64,000 nucleotides of DNA from Nitrosopumilus sp. (lineage in GTDB: Archaea; Thermoproteota; Nitrososphaeria; Nitrososphaerales; Nitrosopumilaceae): the NCBI GenBank assembly GCA_963667665.2, contig OY763927.2:32001-96000 (forward strand), given 5' to 3'. This document shows positions 27,420-37,586 of this stretch, in pieces; position 1 is the first letter of the stretch; every line of letters begins with the position of its first letter. The notes beneath the pieces were generated by a model. It was given only the letters and a program-made list of their open reading frames with translations, searched no databases and had not been told where the DNA came from. Position numbers and translations under genes: made by a program.

Positions 27420-29144
27420 ATGGGAACTCCAAAGATTGTTTTAACTGCTGATCGTACTTTGATGTCACCTTATAGAGGATTATCTCTGGCTACATTTTTT
27501 GGATGTGCACCAGCTCTTGACCCTCATAGGAAAAAAAACAGTTTTTGGTACAAGATTCTTGGAAACCAAGTTACTCCAAAAATTCTATTTGATTTTATTT
27601 GTAACTATATTCCTCATACAAATGGAGTTGCAAATTATGCACCATATGGATTAAGAAAATTAGAGGCCGGTTTGTTACGAGATGGATTTAGCAGACAAGA
27701 TGTTGTAGTTGCTCACCCTGATCATATTGAACAATTCATTGGACCTGAAACACAAGTTATTGGAACATATGAAATGGATCCTCTTGGAATGGGTCCAGTA
27801 ACAATGACGTTTACTTATGGTAGAAAACAAATCTCTTATGATGAATTTTACAATACTGAATTACATCATAGAATAAAGGTTGCCAAAGCAAAAACTGGAA
27901 GTAAAGCAAAAGTAATTTCTGGTGCATCTGGCACATGGCAGTATAACTATGATCCTGAAAAAATTGAAGAATTTGGTATCTATGCAATTTTAGAAGGAGA
28001 ACTTGGTGGCATTGCACCAGAAATTGATGGCCATGCAGGAAGATTTTTTAACTATTTGATTAACGGTGACTTTGAAAACATGGATCCTTTCAGAAAGAGA
28101 AGTGACTTTAAAGTAAACATTAAGGAATTTGAAAGAAACGGAAAAAAGATTCATGGACGATTTGTTAATTTCTGGGATAGACCTGACATGGATGAAATTC
28201 CTGATATTGTTGAACCAAGTATGCACGGAATGGTTGAAGTAATGCGTGGATGTGGACGTGGTTGTAAATTCTGTGATGTTACATTAAGATCATTGAGATA
28301 CTATCCACCAGAAAAAGTTGTAAAAGAAATTGAAGTTAACATGAAGAAAGGTGGTGCAAAATCTGCATGGATTCATAGTGATGATATTTTTGTTTATGGA
28401 ATGGATCCAAGGACTGCAAAGGGAATGGAACCAAACAGAGAAGCACTTGAAGAATTGTTTACTGCAATCATGTCTACTGGTGTGGAGCACACAAATCCAA
28501 CACATGGAACATTGGCAGGAGCAATAGCTGATGAAAAACTTCTTCCAAATCTTTCAAAAATCATCAACGCCAGTGCTGATAACCTGATTGGTGTCCAAGT
28601 TGGATTTGAGACTGGTAGTTTGAGATTAATTGAGAAATATGCTGATAGAAAACTTGCACCTTATCGCCCCGAAGAATGGCATTGGGTTGTAAAAGAAGGT
28701 GTAAAGACAATGAATGAAAACCATTGGATTCCAGCATTTACTCTTATCATGGGTCTTGATAATGATGAAACTCCTGAAGATTCATGGGACTCTATTCGTT
28801 TGATTAGTGAGTTAGAACATGAACAACCAGATTCAATGTTTACTGCTACTGCACTAACATTTGTTCCAATTGGATTACTAGAAAAATCTGATTTCTTTAA
28901 CATTGGAAATGAAATGACTCCTGCACAACTAGGTGTTTTATACAAAACATGGCAACATAACTTCAAATACGGTATTCAAAAATTTATGACCAAGACTGGT
29001 GATAAAGGCACTGGAAGGTTATTCTTTAATGCACTGGCAAGATCTCTTGGTGGTATTCCACTTAGTGCAATGGAGAAATATGCACGTAGAAAGAGTAAGG
29101 AACACGAACGAGTAATTGAGATTATAAAAAACAAGTACTGGTAG
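27420..29144 (+). CDS. Radical SAM protein (archaeal B12-binding-like family)
   Basis: RGCGRGCKFC CxxxCxxC; APYGLRKLEA N-domain. Confidence 0.88.
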   Translation: MGTPKIVLTADRTLMSPYRGLSLATFFGCAPALDPHRKKNSFWYKILGNQVTPKILFDFICNYIPHTNGVANYAPYGLRKLEAGLLRDGFSRQDVVVAHPDHIEQFIGPETQVIGTYEMDPLGMGPVTMTFTYGRKQISYDEFYNTELHHRIKVAKAKTGSKAKVISGASGTWQYNYDPEKIEEFGIYAILEGELGGIAPEIDGHAGRFFNYLINGDFENMDPFRKRSDFKVNIKEFERNGKKIHGRFVNFWDRPDMDEIPDIVEPSMHGMVEVMRGCGRGCKFCDVTLRSLRYYPPEKVVKEIEVNMKKGGAKSAWIHSDDIFVYGMDPRTAKGMEPNREALEELFTAIMSTGVEHTNPTHGTLAGAIADEKLLPNLSKIINASADNLIGVQVGFETGSLRLIEKYADRKLAPYRPEEWHWVVKEGVKTMNENHWIPAFTLIMGLDNDETPEDSWDSIRLISELEHEQPDSMFTATALTFVPIGLLEKSDFFNIGNEMTPAQLGVLYKTWQHNFKYGIQKFMTKTGDKGTGRLFFNALARSLGGIPLSAMEKYARRKSKEHERVIEIIKNKYW

Positions 29145-29184
29145 TCATACAAATACATAAATTTACTAATTTGCATTTATTATC

Positions 29185-29367
29185 ATGGCAACACACGGTT
29201 CTATTACCAAAGCAGGTAAAGTAAGAGGACAAACTCCAAAGGTAGAAGGAAGAAAAATTGTAGGCGACAGCTCTAGTGTTGCAAACAAAGGTAATTTCAA
29301 AAAACGATTTGCTCTTGGTAGATATCCAGGACAGAACAAACCAGGCCAAAGACGAAAGAGACGATAG
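29185..29367 (+). CDS. rps30e: 30S ribosomal protein S30e
   Basis: HGSITKAGKVRGQTPKV. Confidence 0.95.
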   Translation: MATHGSITKAGKVRGQTPKVEGRKIVGDSSSVANKGNFKKRFALGRYPGQNKPGQRRKRR

Positions 29368-29450
29368 TCAATTTTTACAAAATTTTTATCATTTAACGAT
29401 CAATTAATTAAACAATACTCTTATAAAGTACTTGTACCGTACCATACGGT

Positions 29451-30680
29451 ATGGTAGAAGATTTAAGATTAGATAGTTTAGAAGGAGTAGGCCCTGTAAC
29501 TACAAGAAAAATGTCTGATGCAGGTATCCATAACATCATGGATCTCCTAGTTAGAGGTCCAGTTGAAATTGCAGAAATAACTGGAATGGAAAAAGATACT
29601 GCAGCAAAAATTGTCAATAAAGCCCGTCAACATCTAGTTGAAGGAGGATTACTTGCCAAAGACTTTGTTAGTGCAAGTGAAATTTACAAACGCAGACAAA
29701 GTATTGGTAAAATTACAACTGGAACTAATTGTCTTGATACACTATTTGATGGTGGTATTGAAACCCAAGCATTAACAGAAGTTTATGGAGAATTTGGTTG
29801 TGGTAAAACACAATTTGCTCATACACTATCTGTAATGGTTCAAAAAACCAAAGATGAAGGTGGTCTTGAAGGCAGTGTTTTGTACATTGATACTGAAAAT
29901 ACTTTCAGACCTGAAAGAATTGTAGATATTGCTAAAGCTCATGGAATGGATCCAGATAAAGTTCTAGACCACATCATTGTTGCTCGTGCATATAACAGTG
30001 CACATCAAACATTGATTCTAGAAGAATCTGGTCCTGTAATTGAAGAAAACAATATCAAACTAATTGTTGTAGACTCTGCAGTTGGACTGTTCCGTGCTGA
30101 ATACCTCGGACGAGGAACATTATCAGTTAGACAACAAAAACTAAATCACTTTGTTCATTTATTGGTAAGAATTGCAGAAACATATGATTGTGCTGCACTT
30201 GCAACCAATCAAGTTATGGCATCACCTGATGTTTTCTTTGGAGATCCAACTCGTCCAGTTGGTGGAAATGTGGTTGCACATACAAGTACCTACAGAATAT
30301 ACTTTAAGAAATCAGGCAAGAAACGAATTGCTAGAATGGTAGATAGTCCTCATCATCCTGAAGAGGAAGTACTCTTTGCTCTAGGCGAAGCAGGTGTTAT
30401 AGATCTTGAGGAAGCTGAGAAAAAGACCAAAAAGACTACCAAAAAGGCAACGGCCAAAAAGACAAAGGAACCCAAAGTGGAAACACCTGAAGTAGAAACT
30501 ACGGTAGAAACACCTGAAGTAGAAACTACGGTAGAAACACCTGAAGTAGAAACTACGGTAGAAACACCTGAAGTAGAATCAATCAATGTAACTCCTCAAC
30601 ACGAAACTTCTGAAGAATCATCCCCACGAGGATCTACAATAGATTGTGATGTAGATGATTCAGAACCAGCAGAAGAGTAA
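29451..30680 (+). CDS. radA: DNA recombinase RadA with low-complexity C-terminal tail
   Basis: GEFGCGKTQ, YIDTENTFRPER, VVDS, RIARMVDSP. Confidence 0.97.
   Translation: MVEDLRLDSLEGVGPVTTRKMSDAGIHNIMDLLVRGPVEIAEITGMEKDTAAKIVNKARQHLVEGGLLAKDFVSASEIYKRRQSIGKITTGTNCLDTLFDGGIETQALTEVYGEFGCGKTQFAHTLSVMVQKTKDEGGLEGSVLYIDTENTFRPERIVDIAKAHGMDPDKVLDHIIVARAYNSAHQTLILEESGPVIEENNIKLIVVDSAVGLFRAEYLGRGTLSVRQQKLNHFVHLLVRIAETYDCAALATNQVMASPDVFFGDPTRPVGGNVVAHTSTYRIYFKKSGKKRIARMVDSPHHPEEEVLFALGEAGVIDLEEAEKKTKKTTKKATAKKTKEPKVETPEVETTVETPEVETTVETPEVETTVETPEVESINVTPQHETSEESSPRGSTIDCDVDDSEPAEE
30480..30578 (+). repeat. 27-bp coding tandem repeat x3.7 (ETPEVETTV)
   Basis: Unit GAAACACCTGAAGTAGAAACTACGGTA, perfect copies. 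Confidence 0.95.
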
Positions 30681-30765
30681 TCTCTCTCTTTTCTCTAACT
30701 TTTTAAAATTTTTTTTTCAATACCATTGATTAAATTATAATATGTTTGAGAATCTGTTACACATC

Positions 30766-31821
30766 ATGACAGATCTTTATCGCTTACTTCCAGAAGAGAT
30801 GGAACAACTTGTAATTGATATGGGTTATCCTAGATATCGAGCAGATCAAATACTACTTCCACTATACTACAAATTTCCAAAAAATATCAATGATATACCA
30901 CAACTCCCAAAAAAATTAAGAGAGGAATTAACTAAATCTGGATATACTATTGGTTCTGCAAAAGAAGTTCATCGTGTTGTGAGTGATGATGGAGAGGTAA
31001 CTAAATTGTTACTTGATCTCAATGATGAAAATTCTGTAGAAACTGTTCTAATGCAATATACTCCATCAAAAATTGGTGGCCATCCAAGATCAACAATTTG
31101 TGTTTCTACTCAAATTGGTTGTGCCATGGGATGTGTATTTTGTGCAACTGGTCAGATGGGATTTGAAACAAATCTCAAAGCTGAACATATTGTATCTCAA
31201 GTAATTCATTTTGCAGGTATTTTACAACAACGAGGAGAGCATGTAACAAATTTGGTCTTTATGGGAATGGGTGAACCAATGGCAAACTATGATGAAATGA
31301 TTCGAGCTATTCGAATTTTAACACACGATAGAGGTTTTGGACTTGGTCAACGGCACATAACAATTTCTACTATAGGTATTGTATCTGGAATAGATAAACT
31401 GGCTGAAGAAAATCTCCAAATTGGTCTTGCAATATCTCTTCATGCTCCAAACAACCAATTACGAAAACAACTTGTTCCCACAGCAGCACCTAATTCCGTT
31501 GAAGAGATTATTGAAGCAGGTAGGCGTTATTACAAAAAAACTGGACGTCGTGTAACATTTGAATATGCTCTTATGGCAGGAATTAATGATTCATCTGAAA
31601 TTGCAGAAGAGTTAGCTATACTTTTGAAAGGTAATGGTTCTCATGTAAATCTAATTCCTATCAATCCCACTGCTGGAAATTTTAAGCGTCCAACACAAGA
31701 TCAAGTTAATGAGTTTGAACGAATTTTATCTGATGCTGGTGTAAACTGTACTGTTAGGATGGAAAAAGGAACTGAGATCTCAGCTGCATGTGGTCAACTT
31801 AGAACAGACATTATTGGATGA
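30766..31821 (+). CDS. rlmN: RlmN-type radical SAM RNA (adenine-C2) methyltransferase
   Basis: TICVSTQIGCAMGCVFCATG, FMGMGEP, ISLHAP, FEY, AACGQL; ATG 30766 or 30742. Confidence 0.92.
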   Translation: MTDLYRLLPEEMEQLVIDMGYPRYRADQILLPLYYKFPKNINDIPQLPKKLREELTKSGYTIGSAKEVHRVVSDDGEVTKLLLDLNDENSVETVLMQYTPSKIGGHPRSTICVSTQIGCAMGCVFCATGQMGFETNLKAEHIVSQVIHFAGILQQRGEHVTNLVFMGMGEPMANYDEMIRAIRILTHDRGFGLGQRHITISTIGIVSGIDKLAEENLQIGLAISLHAPNNQLRKQLVPTAAPNSVEEIIEAGRRYYKKTGRRVTFEYALMAGINDSSEIAEELAILLKGNGSHVNLIPINPTAGNFKRPTQDQVNEFERILSDAGVNCTVRMEKGTEISAACGQLRTDIIG

Positions 31822-31878
31822 TTTTCCCAAAATCATGTTCTAAGTCTTAAAATAGGGCTTTCCAAGGTTTTACACTAA

Positions 31879-32178
31879 ATGGCAACTAAGAAAACATCTG
31901 GTCGTTCACATGGATTTAGACACAAATCCAGATCAGTTATGACGAAAAAGGCACCAAGAGGAGTCTCATTTTTGTTACGTGAATACCAGGAAGGTCAACA
32001 AGCACTTGTCATCATTGATCCAAGACAGCACAAAGGATTACCACATAGACGATACCACGGTAAAGTAGGTGTTGTCACAAACGTTGGTAGACGAGCTATA
32101 ACACTTGATGTGAAATTAGGAAATAAAACAAAAACCTTAATCACTAGATTGGATCATATCAAACCATTCGGTGTATAA
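31879..32178 (+). CDS. rpl21e: 50S ribosomal protein L21e
   Basis: SHGFRHKSR, GLPHRRYHGKVG. Confidence 0.96.
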   Translation: MATKKTSGRSHGFRHKSRSVMTKKAPRGVSFLLREYQEGQQALVIIDPRQHKGLPHRRYHGKVGVVTNVGRRAITLDVKLGNKTKTLITRLDHIKPFGV

Positions 32179-32179
32179 T

Positions 32180-32506
32180 ATGGAAGAAATAAAAAAGAAA
32201 CAAGCCATCTCTCTTGCAGAAGTTAAAGAAATTTTAGGTAAAGTAGATGTTGAAGAGATGGACCAAATCCAACGTTGGACCTATGATTATGTTTCAAAAT
32301 TTGTATCAACTGACCTTAAGGATGCAAAAGAAATGAAAAAACAACTCATGAAAGAATGTGAATTAACAGAAGATGAATCTGTTGAAATTGTAAACATTAG
32401 ACCAACAAGTTTAGCTGAACTACGTTCTTTTACATTTGGCTGGAAAAAACTAATTCTTGCTGAAACTCTTGAAAAAATACTCAAGATAATTAAGGAGCAC
32501 TCTTAA
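32180..32506 (+). CDS. rpoF: RNA polymerase subunit Rpo4 (F)
   Basis: ISLAEVKEIL, EIVNIRP..ELR; position in the rpl21e cluster. Confidence 0.9.
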   Translation: MEEIKKKQAISLAEVKEILGKVDVEEMDQIQRWTYDYVSKFVSTDLKDAKEMKKQLMKECELTEDESVEIVNIRPTSLAELRSFTFGWKKLILAETLEKILKIIKEHS

Positions 32507-32526
32507 TTTTTTAGGAATATTTTATT

Positions 32527-33093
32527 TTGTCCAGGGAACATAACCCCCCTAGAAAATATGAAGAACACGCATATGTTTTAGATTTTAATTCTAGAGGAAA
32601 ATCAACTACTGTAAGAGGAAGAAAAGGAATCATAGTTACAGCTATTGGCGAGGACCGTCTAACTCTTTTAGAAATTCTTGGAGTTGAAAATTCAACATTT
32701 GATATAGGTGAAAAAATCTATATCGGAAAAGAAGGGCGAACTAAAGTTCTATCTGTTTTGGGAAAAATGGACTATGATCATATATCATCATCAGCTCAAA
32801 GTGAATTAGAAATAGTAATAGCAAATATTGTAACTGTCAATGAATCAAAATTTGTTGAATATCTAAACAATGCACGACCATTAACGCCACGAATTCATGC
32901 ACTAGAGTTAATTCCAGGAATTGGAAAAACCTACATGAAAACAATGCTAGAAGAAAGAGAAAAGAAAAAGTTTGAAAGCTATCAAGATTTACAAGAAAGA
33001 GTTGGATTCAAAGATCCAGTAAAACACATTTCAGAACGAATCATGGATGAAATTACTGGTCAAAGCAGAATGAATCTCTTTGTAAAGAGATGA
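32527..33093 (+). CDS. DUF655 family RNA-binding protein
   Basis: EEHAYVLDF, HALELIPGIGK; conserved cluster position. Confidence 0.9.
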   Translation: MSREHNPPRKYEEHAYVLDFNSRGKSTTVRGRKGIIVTAIGEDRLTLLEILGVENSTFDIGEKIYIGKEGRTKVLSVLGKMDYDHISSSAQSELEIVIANIVTVNESKFVEYLNNARPLTPRIHALELIPGIGKTYMKTMLEEREKKKFESYQDLQERVGFKDPVKHISERIMDEITGQSRMNLFVKR

Positions 33094-33797
33094 TAAAACG
33101 AAAACAACTAGGACAGCACTTTCTTAACTCAAATTCTATAGCCAAATCAATTGTTTCAGAGGCTAAAATCACAAAAAGAGATGTTGTATTTGAGTTAGGA
33201 ACAGGATTGGGAATCTTAACTCCGTTACTATGTGAGAAAGCAAACAAAGTGATCTCAGTTGATGTAGATGAAAAACTTGTCAAAAATGCAAAATCTGCAT
33301 TCTCCAATATTGATAATCTCATCTTAAAATCTGGTGATGGTTTTAAGAAAAAAGACACCTTCTCTATTTTTATATCCAATCTACCATACTCTAAGAGTAA
33401 AGATGCAATAGAATGGCTTGCACAAACTTCTTTCTCACATGGCGTGATAATGGTTCAAAAAGAATTTGCCGAGAAATTACTTGCAAAATCCTCAAAGAAA
33501 AGAAAAGCAGTAAGTATTGTTGCTAATTATGCCTTTGGAATTCAGAAGATCTCTAAGGTGGGAAAAAATAATTTTTCTCCTCCACCAAAAGTTGATTCTG
33601 TAATTCTAAAAATAATTAAAAAAAATACTATGAATAAAGATCTAATTCAAACAATCAATAAAATTTTTTCCTATAGACGAAAAACTATAAAAAATATTTT
33701 AAAACAATTCAACAAGGAAACAGTAATGAATAAACGAGTAGACGATCTTTCAGGAGATGAAATAATTCACCTTGCAAACCAAATTCTTGAAAAATGA
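33090..33797 (+). CDS. ksgA: 16S rRNA dimethyladenosine transferase KsgA/Dim1
   Basis: LGQHFL, ELGTGLG, SNLPY, FSPPPKVDS. Confidence 0.93.
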   Translation: MIKRKQLGQHFLNSNSIAKSIVSEAKITKRDVVFELGTGLGILTPLLCEKANKVISVDVDEKLVKNAKSAFSNIDNLILKSGDGFKKKDTFSIFISNLPYSKSKDAIEWLAQTSFSHGVIMVQKEFAEKLLAKSSKKRKAVSIVANYAFGIQKISKVGKNNFSPPPKVDSVILKIIKKNTMNKDLIQTINKIFSYRRKTIKNILKQFNKETVMNKRVDDLSGDEIIHLANQILEK

Positions 33798-34305
33798 TGA
33801 GTATCCTCCTTCTGAGGATACTTTTTTTCTAGTAGATAACATAGAAAATGAAAAAGGAAATTTTGCATTAGATATAGGAAGTGGATCTGGATATCTGACA
33901 AAATTACTATCTGAGAATTTTTCTTTTGTAGTTGGAACTGACATTAACTTTGAAGTGCTAAAACATCAAACTTACAAAACAAAAAATCTCGTTTGCTGTA
34001 ATAGTTCAGATGCATTAAAAATAAAATTTGATCTTATTGTTTGTAACCTACCCTATCTTGCAACTGATGAAATCTTGGATATTGCAACAGATGGAGGACC
34101 AGAAGGACTTGAAATACCTCTAAAAATAATAAAATCAGCTATTTCATGCCTAAATACAACAGGAAAATTTCTTTTTGTTACATCTTCACTTTCAAATTAT
34201 CAAGCATTAATTGATGCAACAAAAAAAGAAGGATTAACAGCAAAAGTTATTGCAAAAAAGAAATTATTTTTTGAAGAATTAATAATTATTGAAGCAAAAA
34301 AGTAA
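33772..34305 (+). CDS. HemK2/Mtq2-like methyltransferase
   Basis: YPPSEDT, LDIGSGSG, NLPY, DGG. Confidence 0.85.
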   Translation: MQTKFLKNDEYPPSEDTFFLVDNIENEKGNFALDIGSGSGYLTKLLSENFSFVVGTDINFEVLKHQTYKTKNLVCCNSSDALKIKFDLIVCNLPYLATDEILDIATDGGPEGLEIPLKIIKSAISCLNTTGKFLFVTSSLSNYQALIDATKKEGLTAKVIAKKKLFFEELIIIEAKK

Positions 34306-35334
34306 TTATTTTTTTAATAATTCAGCAGAACGGTTTGCAATTGCGTTAGTCATTTCACTTGATTTGGCATTACCACCAATATCATATGTTACAAATTTTC
34401 CTTCATTAATTACTTCATCTGTGGCTTTGAAAATTACATCCCTAATTTCTGACTCACCAAGATATTCTACCATCCATGCTCCAGATAAAATTGCAGCAGT
34501 AGGATTTACTTTATCCATTCCTTTGTATTTTGGTGCACTTCCATGTGCTGGCTCAAACATGGCATAATTATCACCAATATTTGCAGAGTAAACATTTCCA
34601 ATTGAACCAGTATTGCCAGAAGCACATTCTGAAATGATATCCATGAACAGATTTGTACTTAATAAAACAGAATTATTGAATCTTTGAGGATTTTTTACTA
34701 ATTGCTGAGTCATATTATCAATATAATATTCTTCAATCTCAATTTCTGGATTTTCTTGTGCAGCTCTTTCTACTTCACTCCAAAAAATTCCATCAGTTCT
34801 TTTTAGAATGTTTCTTTTTGTAATTGCTGTTACTTTTTTTAATCCATATTTTTTTGCCCAGTCAAATGCAGAATCTACTATTCTTTTACAACCTTTTCTT
34901 GTTATTTTTCTAATTGCTATAGCAGAATCTTCAGATGTATCAAATTCGATTCCTGCATACAATCCTTCAGTAGCTTCTCTAAAGCAAACAAAATCAAGCT
35001 TTGTGTTTGGTGAGAGTCTATCATATGTCTTGATGGGTCTAACATTTGCGTATAGTTCAAATTTTTGTCGTGTAGAAACGGCTACACTTCTTGGAGCATC
35101 AGGTGATGGTATTGTTGTAGTTGGACCTTTGTAGCAAGCATCACTTTCGTCCATGATTTTTGATGTGGCCTCAGGAATGTATGTGGCTCCACCATTCTTT
35201 TCCCATTGCTCTGAACCTGCTTCACAACGAATTAGTTCAATTTGGGTATTACATGCTTCTAAAACCTGAATCACTGCATCTACTAATTCCGGACCAGTTC
35301 CATCACCATTAATCACGGCTGCTTTTTTACCCAT
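34306..35334 (-). CDS. Isocitrate/isopropylmalate dehydrogenase family protein
   Basis: GDGTGPE, LYANVRP, NLFMDIISE, FEPAHGSAP; substrate not resolved. Confidence 0.92.
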   Translation of the reverse strand: MGKKAAVINGDGTGPELVDAVIQVLEACNTQIELIRCEAGSEQWEKNGGATYIPEATSKIMDESDACYKGPTTTIPSPDAPRSVAVSTRQKFELYANVRPIKTYDRLSPNTKLDFVCFREATEGLYAGIEFDTSEDSAIAIRKITRKGCKRIVDSAFDWAKKYGLKKVTAITKRNILKRTDGIFWSEVERAAQENPEIEIEEYYIDNMTQQLVKNPQRFNNSVLLSTNLFMDIISECASGNTGSIGNVYSANIGDNYAMFEPAHGSAPKYKGMDKVNPTAAILSGAWMVEYLGESEIRDVIFKATDEVINEGKFVTYDIGGNAKSSEMTNAIANRSAELLKK

Positions 35335-35452
35335 TTCAGCGAGATTTGTCGATTGAGCGTATTTAATTCTACCCTTGTCAAAGAAACCATTTTTTTCTAT
35401 ATTTCCTATTGGAGTAATTTATTAACATAATTTGATTTAATTTTGATAGAAG

Positions 35453-36199
35453 ATGATTATTGTACAACTCTCAGATCTTCATGTCGGTTCACAGTTTCAA
35501 CCAGATGTATTTGAAACAGTAGTCAAAGAATTAAACGAACTAAATCCTGATGTGATTGTAATTACAGGTGATCTAACTAATGAAGGTTTAATGAAAGAAT
35601 ATGAAAAATGTAAATCACTATTAACACAATTTAACACCAAAAAAATTATTTCAATTAGTGGAAATCATGATTATAGAAACACTGGTTATTTGTTGTTCAA
35701 AAAATTCTTTCCATTTGAAGCAATCAATGAATTAGATGATAATGTTGTTTTAGTTACAGTTGGAACTGCTAGACCTGATAGAAATAATGGTGAAGTTGGA
35801 TATAGACAAAATTTGTGGTTGGAGAGAACTATGAAAAAATACAAAGATAAGATAAAGATTGTAGCAATGCATCATCATTTAATCCCCATTCCTGATACTG
35901 GTTCTGATCAGCTTACTGTTGTTGATGCAGGTGATGTTTTAAGAACTGTTTTGAATACTCAAGTTGATGTAGTTTTGTGTGGACACAAACATAGACCTTG
36001 GGCTTGGAATTTTGGAAAACTAACAGTTGTTAATGCAGGAGCTGTCACATCTGAACGAGTTCGTGGATTATTTGAAAACACCTACAACATTCTTACTATT
36101 TCTAACAAAAAGATACAGGTAGATCTCAAAATTGTAGGTGGAAAAAGACTTCCTATAGAGGATATTATGAATAACTATAGCCAATTTGGCGACGAGTGA
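35453..36199 (+). CDS. Calcineurin-like metallophosphoesterase (Icc/CpdA-like)
   Basis: SDLH, TGD, GNHD, HHH, GHKH. Confidence 0.9.
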   Translation: MIIVQLSDLHVGSQFQPDVFETVVKELNELNPDVIVITGDLTNEGLMKEYEKCKSLLTQFNTKKIISISGNHDYRNTGYLLFKKFFPFEAINELDDNVVLVTVGTARPDRNNGEVGYRQNLWLERTMKKYKDKIKIVAMHHHLIPIPDTGSDQLTVVDAGDVLRTVLNTQVDVVLCGHKHRPWAWNFGKLTVVNAGAVTSERVRGLFENTYNILTISNKKIQVDLKIVGGKRLPIEDIMNNYSQFGDE

Positions 36200-36232
36200 A
36201 TTTATTTACAGACTAATTCTATGCATCTTTGT

Positions 36233-36319
36233 GCGGGGGTCGCCTAGCTCGGTAGGGCGTGAGATTGCTAATTTCATGTTCGCAAGGACTCGTGGGTTCA
36301 AATCCCTCTCCCCGCGCCA
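36233..36319 (+). tRNA. tRNA-Ser(GCT)
   Basis: Acceptor GCGGGGG/TCCCCGC, anticodon loop TTGCTAA, long variable arm, GTTCAAA T-loop, G73 then CCA. Confidence 0.95.
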
Positions 36320-36361
36320 TTAAAAATTAAACTTAATAGACCGATTAACGAAGTTTTTCGA

Positions 36362-36523
36362 ATGGGACGAAGAAAAACTCAAAAAATTATTCGAACAGGT
36401 CCTAAAAATGCGACAACTGGAATGTGTCCTATATGTAATACAATTGGTAAAGTATTCCTTCTTGGTCCACCTGGAAAAGAGCGAGGAAAATGCGAAAAAT
36501 GTCGCGGAGAGTTTGAAATATAA
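36362..36523 (+). CDS. Elf1-like Zn-ribbon protein (not in ORF track)
   Basis: MGRRKTQKIIR...CPIC...CEKC...FEI, 53 aa; basic N-terminus plus C4 ribbon. Confidence 0.65.
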   Translation: MGRRKTQKIIRTGPKNATTGMCPICNTIGKVFLLGPPGKERGKCEKCRGEFEI

Positions 36524-36597
36524 TTTATGAATCTAGGAGCTTACAGACAAATATTTACCAATAACTATTTAAGAGAATTTTCTCTTGATAGATAATT

Positions 36598-36768
36598 ATG
36601 AGTACAGAAGCTGAAACCATCTATGAAAGAGTTGCAAAACTTGAAGATGAAATTGCATTACTCAGAAACGAAGTAGATATTCTTAAAGGAGCATTAAGAA
36701 ATAAAATTGCTCGTCATGAAATATCATTGATCAAGAAAGGACGAGAAATAGAATCAATCATTGACTAA
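36598..36768 (+). CDS. Small coiled-coil protein (not in ORF track)
   Basis: 56 aa MSTEAETIYERVAKLEDEIALLRNEV...; TATA-like TATTTAAG upstream. Confidence 0.65.
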   Translation: MSTEAETIYERVAKLEDEIALLRNEVDILKGALRNKIARHEISLIKKGREIESIID

Positions 36769-37583
36769 TTTTTAGTCTTTATACTTCTTATCAATTCTAA
36801 AATAAAATCTATGTCTTCTGCGTTTGGATTAATTTCTAAATATTTATTCAAATATTTCAAAGCATCTTCCGAATTGTGTAATCTTTCTTGTAGAATTCCT
36901 TTATCTCTGATATCTTCTGGAGATTCAGATTCCATTGCTAAAACCATGTTAATACATCGAAGTGCTTTATCGTAAACAAATGATTGTACATAGGAATTTT
37001 TCAAGTTACGAGCCATTCTTGTAAGAATTTGTTCTGGTTCTATCTTATCAAGAAATTCTGGCTGAAACTTTAACTGTTCATTAAAATTATTATCTAGAAT
37101 TTCCTGCAAGTCATCTACATCTAATAGTTCACCATCATGAAATGGATCTAAAATCATTTCTTCATTATATTTTACCAAAATGTGACTTGGAAATCCAACA
37201 ATTTTAAGATCTAATCCGATAAACTTTGCAACTTCAACATAAAGAATTGAGATAGTAATGGGTAGGCCTAATTTTTTATCAATAACTTCATTTAGAAAAT
37301 TATTCTTTGGATTAAAGTAATCATCATCATCTCCGCTAAATCCTAAATTTTCAAATAAATGTTCATTTAACATTGAAATTAGATATGTTGGATTTTTAAC
37401 ATCACTAATTGATTCTTTTAGAGACATTCCTATATGATTAATTTTCTGGATGTACTTTTCTACATCTAGATCTGGATATTCTAAAATCTGGGCAAATTTT
37501 AAACATTTTTCAGCTAGGTTGAAATTTGGATTTTTAACAAATGAAAGCCATTCTGCAACAAATGGATCAAATTCTTCGTTCAA
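36765..37583 (-). CDS. SirB1-like transglutaminase-fold + TPR protein
   Basis: GFSGD..DYFNPKN, GLPITISILY, GFPSH, LDPF, ILTRMARNLK. Confidence 0.85.
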   Translation of the reverse strand: MNEEFDPFVAEWLSFVKNPNFNLAEKCLKFAQILEYPDLDVEKYIQKINHIGMSLKESISDVKNPTYLISMLNEHLFENLGFSGDDDDYFNPKNNFLNEVIDKKLGLPITISILYVEVAKFIGLDLKIVGFPSHILVKYNEEMILDPFHDGELLDVDDLQEILDNNFNEQLKFQPEFLDKIEPEQILTRMARNLKNSYVQSFVYDKALRCINMVLAMESESPEDIRDKGILQERLHNSEDALKYLNKYLEINPNAEDIDFILELIRSIKTKN

Positions 37584-37586
37584 TTA

